This document shows positions 17,095 through 24,424 of a DNA stretch of 40,355 bases, in pieces. Source of the stretch: Alphaproteobacteria bacterium (GTDB taxonomy: Bacteria > Pseudomonadota > Alphaproteobacteria > RF32 > CAG-239); the NCBI GenBank assembly GCA_045126755.1, contig JBGVOY010000025.1:1-40355 (forward strand), in the 5' to 3' direction. The position numbers and the translations under genes are program-made. The number at the start of each line of letters is the position of its first letter. The first letter of the stretch is position 1. The notes beneath the pieces are model-generated. The model was not told the DNA's origin. It saw nothing but the letters and a program-made list of their open reading frames with translations, and made no database searches.

Positions 17095-18318
17095 TTATTC
17101 GCAAAAACCTCGTTTGTTGATTTCTTGCCAGAGTTCTTCATCTGCAGCATCTGTTTGTTCATTAGATTCTGCGCCACTATAGTAAGACACGCCGTTTTCA
17201 TCAACGCCTGATTTTTCGCCATACTTTTCAATCAAATCAGCATATGTGTCTTTAACAGTTTGAACGTATTCTGCAGGCAGATTACAAATTTTGGTATAAT
17301 CTTCATGTTCTTGACCACGAGTTAACAAGTTTGTAAAAGTAAGTTTACAACCATCTTCTGTTTTTTTATACTTAAAGCCTGTTTCTACTTTAACTTCACC
17401 AAATTTTTCTTTTTGAGTTCCTGATGAACCGTCTTTTTTAGCACATTTATCAATTGAAAACATCAACCTTTTTTTCATATATTTTTGTTCAAAATCATAT
17501 TGACTAAAAGTTTTATCTTGCATCATGGTTCTGATATCTGCCCATGATTGAACGTTTTCAAGTTTTTCTTTAGGAATACTGATTGTAAATGGTGTTACTT
17601 TAGCAAGGCAGTTTTCATTTTGCCACCCCAAAACATCGATAGTTTCGCTTAAGAACAAAACTTCTCTTGTTGCAGTTGCTTGTTCGCATACATGTAAAGA
17701 TTGCAAAAACTGAGGTTCAAACACATCGAATTTTTTTAGTTCTTCAAGTTTTTCTTCTTCAGATAATTCAGCTTGAATGAGCTTACATTTTTGGTTTACT
17801 TTTGCCCATTCAATATTAAACCGGTTATCTGTCATAGTGTATTTTGAAGATGCTTCTAAAACAAGATTACCTGCCTCATCTTCTGTTGTTACAAAGCCGT
17901 CAAAAGTTTCGGTAATAACCTCGTTGGTGCGATCATTCATAGCGTTTAACAAAGCTTGACGCTCTGTATCGGCAACCAAGCATTCATAAATCTGTTTGCC
18001 TAATAAACCAACTTTCATTGTAACATCAAAAGCGCATTTATCTGCTTGTTTACCTTTAATATTTACTTTAACAGCCAAATCACCACCAAACATTTCGCCT
18101 ACTTCAACAAGTTCGGGGTTATGTTTTGTAAAATCTTCCGAATAAGGAGAACAATCTGCAACAGAAGCTAAAAGTTCGTCACTAAAAGTGTATAGTTTTG
18201 GGTTTTCATTAACGCTTTTTACAACATTTTCCTCCCCCATAGAAACGCTTGCGCTAAAAGCCATACAATTTGTTGCAATAAAAGTGCTTAAACACAAAAC
18301 AGATAAAAGTTTTTTCAT
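17095..18318 (-). CDS. Secreted Cys-containing hypothetical protein
   Basis: It has a signal peptide (MKKLLSVLCLSTFIATNCMA) and eight further Cys residues. I recognise no motif. G+C is somewhat higher than in neighbouring DNA. Confidence 0.7.
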   Translation of the reverse strand: MKKLLSVLCLSTFIATNCMAFSASVSMGEENVVKSVNENPKLYTFSDELLASVADCSPYSEDFTKHNPELVEVGEMFGGDLAVKVNIKGKQADKCAFDVTMKVGLLGKQIYECLVADTERQALLNAMNDRTNEVITETFDGFVTTEDEAGNLVLEASSKYTMTDNRFNIEWAKVNQKCKLIQAELSEEEKLEELKKFDVFEPQFLQSLHVCEQATATREVLFLSETIDVLGWQNENCLAKVTPFTISIPKEKLENVQSWADIRTMMQDKTFSQYDFEQKYMKKRLMFSIDKCAKKDGSSGTQKEKFGEVKVETGFKYKKTEDGCKLTFTNLLTRGQEHEDYTKICNLPAEYVQTVKDTYADLIEKYGEKSGVDENGVSYYSGAESNEQTDAADEELWQEINKRGFCE

Positions 18319-18524
18319 AAAAAAATCTCCTTATTAACATAATTTTTAACTGCCTATAAGCATAGCACACAACTTCAAAAAATTTATACATGCTTTTTAT
18401 TTTTACACACATAATTTTTTTGAGTTTTTTGAGCATATAAAACGTTGCAAAATTATTTTTGATGATGTATAGTGCTTGAAGTTTACAAATTAGTTGAAAA
18501 TAATTCTAAATTAACCATAAAAAA

Positions 18525-18989
18525 ATGAACACAGCAAAAAAAATGAGAATAGAAGCTTCGCTTTCCATTGTGGAAGATGTTAAAAACAACAAATTCCTTA
18601 TGATTCGTCACCACAGAGGCATAAACAACGGATGTATTAACTTTCCCGGTGGTAAAAAAGAACCGAATGAAACCATTGAAGATTGTGTAGTAAGAGAAAC
18701 GTTTGAAGAAACCGGAATTTCCATAAAAAACCCCGTAAAAGTCGGATATGTAGAATTCCCGAGCGTAAACTTTTATGTTCACATTTTTAAGAGTACTGAA
18801 TTTTCCGGTGAAATCAAAGAAAACAAAGCAGAAGCTGATGTTTTTTGGCACGATACGGATAAGATTCCCTATCATGAAATGCGCGAAGCAGATAAAGACT
18901 TTTTACCCGATATTTTATCCGGTAAATACGTGAACCGTAGGTACATCTATGATGAAAACTTTCAGATTGTAGACATTGTTAACCTATAG
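18525..18989 (+). CDS. NUDIX hydrolase (MutT-like)
   Basis: Nudix box GGKKEPNETIEDCVVRETFEETGI. Confidence 0.85.
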   Translation: MNTAKKMRIEASLSIVEDVKNNKFLMIRHHRGINNGCINFPGGKKEPNETIEDCVVRETFEETGISIKNPVKVGYVEFPSVNFYVHIFKSTEFSGEIKENKAEADVFWHDTDKIPYHEMREADKDFLPDILSGKYVNRRYIYDENFQIVDIVNL

Positions 18990-19012
18990 AATTTGCTCAA
19001 ATTTAATCATTA

Positions 19013-19053
19013 CAGACCGGATTTTTTCAATTTCCGGTCTGTTTTGTTTTTTT
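19013..19053 (+). terminator. Rho-independent terminator after the Nudix gene
   Basis: CAGACCGGA (19013-19021) pairs with TCCGGTCTG (19033-19041), followed by a T-run. Confidence 0.8.
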
Positions 19054-19244
19054 AATGTAGATAACAGGTAGTATATATTGAACAAAACAAAAAAAAATTG
19101 ATATAAAAGATTATATGCTTAATACTGACCCTATTCCACCACCTAAAAAAATACCTAAAATTTGCATATTATCCTCTCTTTCATGTAACAAAAAGAATAT
19201 GCCAAACTTTGTTAAAAAGCTACAAATTATTTCATATTTTTCTA

Positions 19245-19273
19245 TTGACAAAAACCACATATTTTACTATTAT
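19245..19273 (+). promoter_or_regulatory. Putative sigma-70 promoter
   Basis: TTGACA (19245-19250), 17-nt spacer, TATTAT (19268-19273). Confidence 0.5.
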
Positions 19274-19307
19274 TGAAAGTGTGTTACAATAATGAGGATA
19301 TATTTTG

Positions 19308-20102
19308 ATGTTCGGAAAATCTAAAAACCCTGATGAATTTAAAACTTGGAAAGAAGTTTATTTATACTGCTCCAAGAAAGCAAACAAAGAACAACGTCCG
19401 ATAAAAGAGGTTCTTACAAGTCTTCCTGATGACATGTTCAAAAAGTTTGTTGAGATTGTAGATGATACAGCTTATACTTGGGAAAAAGTATGGTTTGGCG
19501 AGGACGTACGCCGCCCTAAATTTGCTGCAGAAAACTTCTGTTCGCTTATTAATAGTGAAAAAGATAAAAGAAATAAACGCAAAAGAGAAGAACAATTCAA
19601 TAAAGCTCTTGAATCTTTCGGTAAAGAAGGTGGTTCAAAGATTGTCGTGCAAAAGCTTTCTTTTCATCATGAAGGTATTACTTCTACAAGACAAGGTATT
19701 TCCAAACCCGATTATGAAACTCAAGGTTATCTCATATCTTTAGAACATGAGGGCCACGGGTTTTTAATCGGTGATATTGATACATACAAAAGAGATGGCG
19801 GTTTTATTAACCCTTCCACTATGGGCGTTCAAAAAAGTAGCCAAGATTTTGTTAAAAAACACTTCAAAGAAGTTTTTGGTGTTACTGAAGTTAAAAAACC
19901 CGAAGATGAAAAAGCTGCTATTCTGGATATTCTTCATGGCAAAAAACCGGATAAAGATTTTTTACTCTACTATGTATACGAATTTATGCTCCAAGAATGT
20001 AAGAATAAAGAAAAAGAGCAAGCTCAAAAGCATATTAAAGACAACAAAATAAAAGAAAAAATCATTACAAGATTGAAAAAATCAAGAGGAAAATCATCCT
20101 AA
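19308..20102 (+). CDS. Hypothetical Lys-rich protein
   Basis: 264-aa ORF with GAGGA 9 nt upstream of the ATG at 19308. I recognise no motif. The alternative-frame track ORFs inside it are low-complexity shadows. Confidence 0.65.
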   Translation: MFGKSKNPDEFKTWKEVYLYCSKKANKEQRPIKEVLTSLPDDMFKKFVEIVDDTAYTWEKVWFGEDVRRPKFAAENFCSLINSEKDKRNKRKREEQFNKALESFGKEGGSKIVVQKLSFHHEGITSTRQGISKPDYETQGYLISLEHEGHGFLIGDIDTYKRDGGFINPSTMGVQKSSQDFVKKHFKEVFGVTEVKKPEDEKAAILDILHGKKPDKDFLLYYVYEFMLQECKNKEKEQAQKHIKDNKIKEKIITRLKKSRGKSS

Positions 20103-20112
20103 AAAATAAAAA

Positions 20113-20146
20113 AAATACGCACTATTAAAAATAATGCGTATTTTCT
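20113..20146. terminator. Bidirectional hairpin terminator
   Basis: AAATACGCA (20113-20121) pairs with TGCGTATTT (20135-20143). A and T runs sit on both sides, between convergent genes. Confidence 0.7.
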
Positions 20147-20160
20147 TGCTTTTTAACCCA

Positions 20161-20481
20161 CTACACTTCATTTAATAACGGAATAATGTTAATAACCGGT
20201 GTTTCATACGGGTGCACTTCTTTTATAGCCTTTAGTGTTTGCTCTAAATTAAGCGTTTCTACTCTTACCTCTATCTTCAACTCTTCTTCCCGGCTTATTT
20301 CAAGAGGCTTTCCTATGTATGGTTTTGCGTTTTCTAACGAACGCCATGTGCCCATAACCTTGCTGTAAGATAAACAACTGTCATAGTTTCCGATATGGCC
20401 GGCATCTACATTTTGTAAGGCAGTTTGTAATTCTTTCAAATGTGTTTCGGGTATAAATATTTCCAATTTACAAAATTTCAT
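20161..20481 (-). CDS. YqfO-like small protein (NIF3-associated/CutA-like fold family)
   Basis: 106 aa. It has FIPETHL...AGHIGNYDSC...HPYETPV, which resembles the YqfO/NIF3-insert-domain family as I remember it. Confidence 0.55.
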   Translation of the reverse strand: MKFCKLEIFIPETHLKELQTALQNVDAGHIGNYDSCLSYSKVMGTWRSLENAKPYIGKPLEISREEELKIEVRVETLNLEQTLKAIKEVHPYETPVINIIPLLNEV

Positions 20482-20685
20482 CTTTTCCCTTTTGAACGTT
20501 ACTTGTTAATCGATTTTTTTATTTTCATACATTTTGTTAAAATTATCAAGACTGTTTATAATATTCTTCCTGCCAAATAGACCAAAAACTATTATAATAT
20601 TGTTTGATTATTAATTAGTATGTATGTCCTCCCACCTTGGCAAGTAAGACCAAAGGACTAACGCCAAAATTAACTTATATTTATT

Positions 20686-21459
20686 ATGCAAACAATTTTC
20701 GACAGAGCCGGTTTTGAGTATGCTCTCATCGCAAACTGCGCAATCACAGACGGTTTAACCAGTTATGTAACATTCAAGGAAGATGGAACTCCTGTTGTCA
20801 TCCGTAACGGACAGCCTGTTCTCTCAAGCTTTTTCACCGACGGCAACGGACGTTGGGGCAAATTGATTAACTCTACAGACCCAAAGAAAGTTGAAAAGGT
20901 CATGAAGAAGGCAGAGAATCACGTTATCGCGTTACATAACGGTGAACTTGTTTGCCAGCTTGTACCTCTTACAGGTATTGTTTGGCACGATGACATGGGA
21001 AATAAGTTCTACCTCATTTCTCGTTTCGAAAGAGAAGAGTTGGAGGCTGATAACCTTGCCTATGTAACAGCTGAAAGCGAAGGCACTTACGAAACCATAA
21101 AGTACATCGCATACAACGGAACAGAATTTATCGATGTTCCTCGTTATCTCTATAATGAGAAAAACAAGAGATTCACCGCTGGCGCTAACTTCAAGGCTAT
21201 GGCTTACGCCGAAATGCGCAGACGTGGTAATGCCTCAATCGCTGTGAAGAACGGCGCACGTAAGGTTTATGCCCGTCTGAGTGAGAAAGGCGAATATATC
21301 ATGGCACACACTCAGGGCGCTTATGAGGCTCAGAAGCTTGGCGATGAAGGTAGCTACTTTGTGGAATACTGCGACAGCACCAGTGGAGGTTGGAATGTTC
21401 CAATGGACGAGTTCCCAAAAAGATATCAGATTTATTCGCCTGTCCTCTTATGCCAATAA
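20686..21459 (+). CDS. G+C-rich foreign-looking ORF of unknown function whose last ~13 codons read out-of-frame gpt-derived sequence (chimeric 3' end)
   Basis: 257-aa ORF. Two 60-nt lines counted by hand give 26/60 (20761-20820) and 30/60 (21241-21300) G+C, against 9-20/60 in typical lines elsewhere. From 21419 onward the DNA is homologous to gpt. Confidence 0.6.
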   Translation: MQTIFDRAGFEYALIANCAITDGLTSYVTFKEDGTPVVIRNGQPVLSSFFTDGNGRWGKLINSTDPKKVEKVMKKAENHVIALHNGELVCQLVPLTGIVWHDDMGNKFYLISRFEREELEADNLAYVTAESEGTYETIKYIAYNGTEFIDVPRYLYNEKNKRFTAGANFKAMAYAEMRRRGNASIAVKNGARKVYARLSEKGEYIMAHTQGAYEAQKLGDEGSYFVEYCDSTSGGWNVPMDEFPKRYQIYSPVLLCQ

Positions 21460-21688
21460 TCATCAACAATCCGAACTGATTGATACAACTTGTGATGATA
21501 TACCTGATGCTAAAACAACATACATTATAGATGATATTTGCGACAGCGGTAAAACCTTACTGTATTTACGCAAAAAATATCCGTTGGCAAATAATTATGT
21601 TCTTATCAACAAAAATCCAGACATAAAACCTGACTTTGCTCCAATAACCGAACCAAGTGATTTATGGATTAACTTTCCTTGGGAATAG
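21419..21688 (+). pseudogene. 5'-truncated paralog of gpt (C-terminal ~90 codons, frame intact)
   Basis: It encodes KDIRFIRLSSYANNHQQSELIDTTCDD...TTYIIDDICDSGKTLLYLRKKYPLA...FPWE-stop. It is collinear with gpt residues ~51-141 (13825-14103) at roughly four-fifths nucleotide identity by eye. No N-terminal part and no start codon are present. Confidence 0.8.
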
Positions 21689-21754
21689 GCAAAAAACATA
21701 AAAAAATAATATTCACGGATATGATAAAATAACTTTCTGTTTACGGCCTTTATA

Positions 21755-22027
21755 TTATTTGCTTATTAACTGATACCCTTTTTGCCAAACAGTGCGTATA
21801 CACTGTTTTCCTTTTCCCGCTTGATTAACCTTTTTTATAAGCTTGCTGATTATAACTCCAACAATTTTTATTTCCGGTTTTTCATCAAATTCTGTTTGTA
21901 AACAAGTAAATATTTCCTCTTTACTTACAACTTGTCCTTTTTTTGATAATAACAGTTCAAAAGTAACATATTCTTTTTTTGATAAATATATAGTTTCTTT
22001 GTTTATTGTAATTTCAAATTTTTCCAT
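21755..22027 (-). CDS. Stand-alone OmpR/PhoB-type winged-helix DNA-binding protein (no receiver domain)
   Basis: 90 aa. It has LSKKEYVTFELLLSKKGQVVSKEEI...VIISKLIKKV...IRTVWQKGYQL, which matches the trans_reg_C pattern. Confidence 0.7.
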   Translation of the reverse strand: MEKFEITINKETIYLSKKEYVTFELLLSKKGQVVSKEEIFTCLQTEFDEKPEIKIVGVIISKLIKKVNQAGKGKQCIRTVWQKGYQLISK

Positions 22028-22096
22028 TACTTTATCCTTCCCTGAAGCGCTACGTTAAATTATAATAAAAAAACATCTGACACAACTTGTCATACG

Positions 22097-22741
22097 CTAC
22101 TTTTTTATTGACTTTATAATTTCTTTAATTTGTGAATTAACTTTAAAAGACTCTCTTATTTTTTGCAGGGCTTTGTTATAAGTTTTTACATTTAAACCGC
22201 ATTTTTCAGATTGTAAATATCCCAAACAAATATCCGGATATTTTCCCATTATGGTTGCTATGGCCCAAGCTATTCCCATTTGAGCATAATACTTATCGGC
22301 ATTAAGCTTTTCTAAGACATCAATAACTTTGTGTATGTAGCTGTCATTTAAGAAATGCGATAACATTATTACAGAAACAATCCTACTTTCAAACTCTTTA
22401 TCACTGTTTTTATATTGCATCAAATAATTCCATACAATTTCCGGATATTTTCGAGCTATTTTAAAACTTTGACACAGTGAATCATTTACGGCCCAATCTT
22501 GCACGTATGGAACAAAATCCGCAAAATATTTGAGTAATATGTTTATATCGTCTTTTGCATACCCTAACACGAAAGCATGAAGTAATTTAAGTTCAAAAGT
22601 TTCAAACTTATTATTATCCAAAAATTCTTTATAATCTTCTTTGGCAATCTGTTTGGCAAATTTTTTAAGTTCCGGAACCGATATTCCGAAAGAAGTTCTT
22701 TTTATGTTGTTTAGTTTATGTTTTATATTTGTTAAATTCAT
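22097..22741 (-). CDS. DNA alkylation repair protein (AlkD-like HEAT-repeat glycosylase family)
   Basis: WAVNDSLC and the helical-repeat character fit the family. AAGGA lies 7 nt upstream of the ATG at 22741; the track start at 22807 was trimmed. Confidence 0.7.
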   Translation of the reverse strand: MNLTNIKHKLNNIKRTSFGISVPELKKFAKQIAKEDYKEFLDNNKFETFELKLLHAFVLGYAKDDINILLKYFADFVPYVQDWAVNDSLCQSFKIARKYPEIVWNYLMQYKNSDKEFESRIVSVIMLSHFLNDSYIHKVIDVLEKLNADKYYAQMGIAWAIATIMGKYPDICLGYLQSEKCGLNVKTYNKALQKIRESFKVNSQIKEIIKSIKK

Positions 22742-22936
22742 TTTTATATCCTTATTAAAAGATACTAATACAATATTATTGCAACAACAAGCTATTTTTA
22801 TAAACATTGTGCTTTATAAATATAAAATTATTTCTGCTCGCAGTTATCGGATAAACAACTTGACAATTTAAGATAAAAATAATATAAACAGAACAATTTA
22901 ATTACATTATTGTTTAACTAAATTATTGTTTGTCCT

Positions 22937-23359
22937 ATGAAACTTAAAGGTTTAATTCTTATTCCGTCACGATTTGACGATCCTGAAATCAAGTTTGATT
23001 TGTCTTCTTTTATCGTCAATATGGATGATAACAGCCAAATGGAACTTGACTTGCTGCATGTAAACTGCCCAACACTTGCAAGTATGGCCGATGCAGTATC
23101 AGAGTATTTTACGGAGGTAATTCAGCGCCAACCGACTCAAGAAAATGTCTTGATGGCAACTTACCTCGGAATGATTGACATGCTGCTCAGAGACTATCCT
23201 AACGGTTTTCCGATTAGACAGGATATTTTAAATATCATACATCAGGAACCGGAGTTTAGGCATATTCAGAGCCATACCGGTTACTATTACCAGTTTAACA
23301 TGAGCGACTGGGACGCTGCCAAAAAAGCTGTTATGGTAGAAATGCACGTAATCCGCTAA
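22937..23359 (+). CDS. Hypothetical protein
   Basis: 140-aa ORF with visibly higher G+C, followed by a terminator. I recognise no motif. Confidence 0.6.
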   Translation: MKLKGLILIPSRFDDPEIKFDLSSFIVNMDDNSQMELDLLHVNCPTLASMADAVSEYFTEVIQRQPTQENVLMATYLGMIDMLLRDYPNGFPIRQDILNIIHQEPEFRHIQSHTGYYYQFNMSDWDAAKKAVMVEMHVIR

Positions 23360-23370
23360 TCAAACGAAAG

Positions 23371-23400
23371 AACCCTACGTAAAGCGTAGGGTTTATTTTA
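23371..23400 (+). terminator. Rho-independent terminator
   Basis: AACCCTACG-TAAAG-CGTAGGGTT followed by a T-rich tail. Confidence 0.7.
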
Positions 23401-23479
23401 TGTATAAGCCAACCATTAAAGCTCCTTAATAATTACGGTTTTAATCGCATTAGGACATAAACACCTTTTAGTTAATATG

Positions 23480-24298
23480 TTATATGTTTTTTACGCTTAA
23501 TATCATTGAAATTGTGTGTTTTTCATTAGGAGCAAGAGTGATAAAATTATCTCCATTATTGGAAGGTTCAACACAAATAAAATGTTTATATTGACCGGAT
23601 GTTGCCTCCTTTACATCTTTATCGGGATTCCAAACAACCGTAGAATTTGAGCCTTTCTTTTCAAGCTCTATAACTCTTTTTAGTTCATTATCAATAATTT
23701 CTACTCTCCCTAAATGGTTGATAAAAGAAGCATCAAACTCCTCTCTGATGACTAAATCATCCTCCAGTGTATATAATTTACCGTCAAGTGCATTTTTATA
23801 TTGATATCCCTTCAGACCTTTTATTTCTATGTTATCTCTTGAACTTACATAAAAATATGAATGAAGTGCTTCACTGAAAACAAAATCTTTATCTCCCAAG
23901 TTTGTTGTTTCTAAACTACATTCAAACTTATCGGTTATCTTAATAAATAAATTAGCACAAACATTAGCATTATATTGTTTATCGGGTAATAAACACAGAT
24001 GGGCCGTAATTTTTGTTTCATCAACGTATATATCTTTTAACTTCCATTCAGAGATTCGGGCAAAACCGTGTCTTGGAAAATCCGAATTTAATTGTTCTTG
24101 AGCAAATCGAGGCCAACACACCGGTATTCCTCCTCTAATTGCCTGAATATTATCAAATTCATTTAAATCTCCAAGCCAAAACACGTCATATTCTTGATTT
24201 TTAGGACGATATGATAAAACGTTACCGCCAAAAAGCGATATTTTACATTCCGCCATTGTATTTTCTATTGTTATAACACCTTTATTAACCGTATACAT
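23480..24298 (-). CDS. Aldose 1-epimerase family protein (D-hexose-6-phosphate mutarotase, YeaD-like)
   Basis: It has RGGIPVCWPRF and FPRHGFAR. AAGGA lies 8 nt upstream of the ATG at 24298. The track start at 24355 is a TTG. Confidence 0.8.
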   Translation of the reverse strand: MYTVNKGVITIENTMAECKISLFGGNVLSYRPKNQEYDVFWLGDLNEFDNIQAIRGGIPVCWPRFAQEQLNSDFPRHGFARISEWKLKDIYVDETKITAHLCLLPDKQYNANVCANLFIKITDKFECSLETTNLGDKDFVFSEALHSYFYVSSRDNIEIKGLKGYQYKNALDGKLYTLEDDLVIREEFDASFINHLGRVEIIDNELKRVIELEKKGSNSTVVWNPDKDVKEATSGQYKHFICVEPSNNGDNFITLAPNEKHTISMILSVKNI

Positions 24299-24376
24299 AA
24301 ATAAATCCTTGTAATATTTTTTCACATTTTCCCGTAAACGAGGGATGATTGTCAATATATTTTTCTTTTATGGCAC

Positions 24377-24411
24377 AAAAAAGCCTCGACATAAAATATC
24401 CGAGGCTTTTT
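24377..24411 (-). terminator. Rho-independent terminator after aas
   Basis: AAAAGCCTCG (24379-24388) pairs with CGAGGCTTTT (24401-10). A T-run follows on the minus strand. Confidence 0.75.
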
Positions 24412-24424
24412 AATGTTAAATATA

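Noticed and set aside
18483-18875. 130-aa minus-strand ORF.
   Set aside because: It lies antisense to the Nudix gene, which has a perfect Nudix box. Its Phe-rich composition is typical of a mirror-frame artefact.
19462-20052. Two 93-aa alternative-frame ORFs inside 19308-20102.
   Set aside because: They are Lys/Leu-rich low-complexity translations of an A-rich gene in the same orientation. There is no independent start signal.
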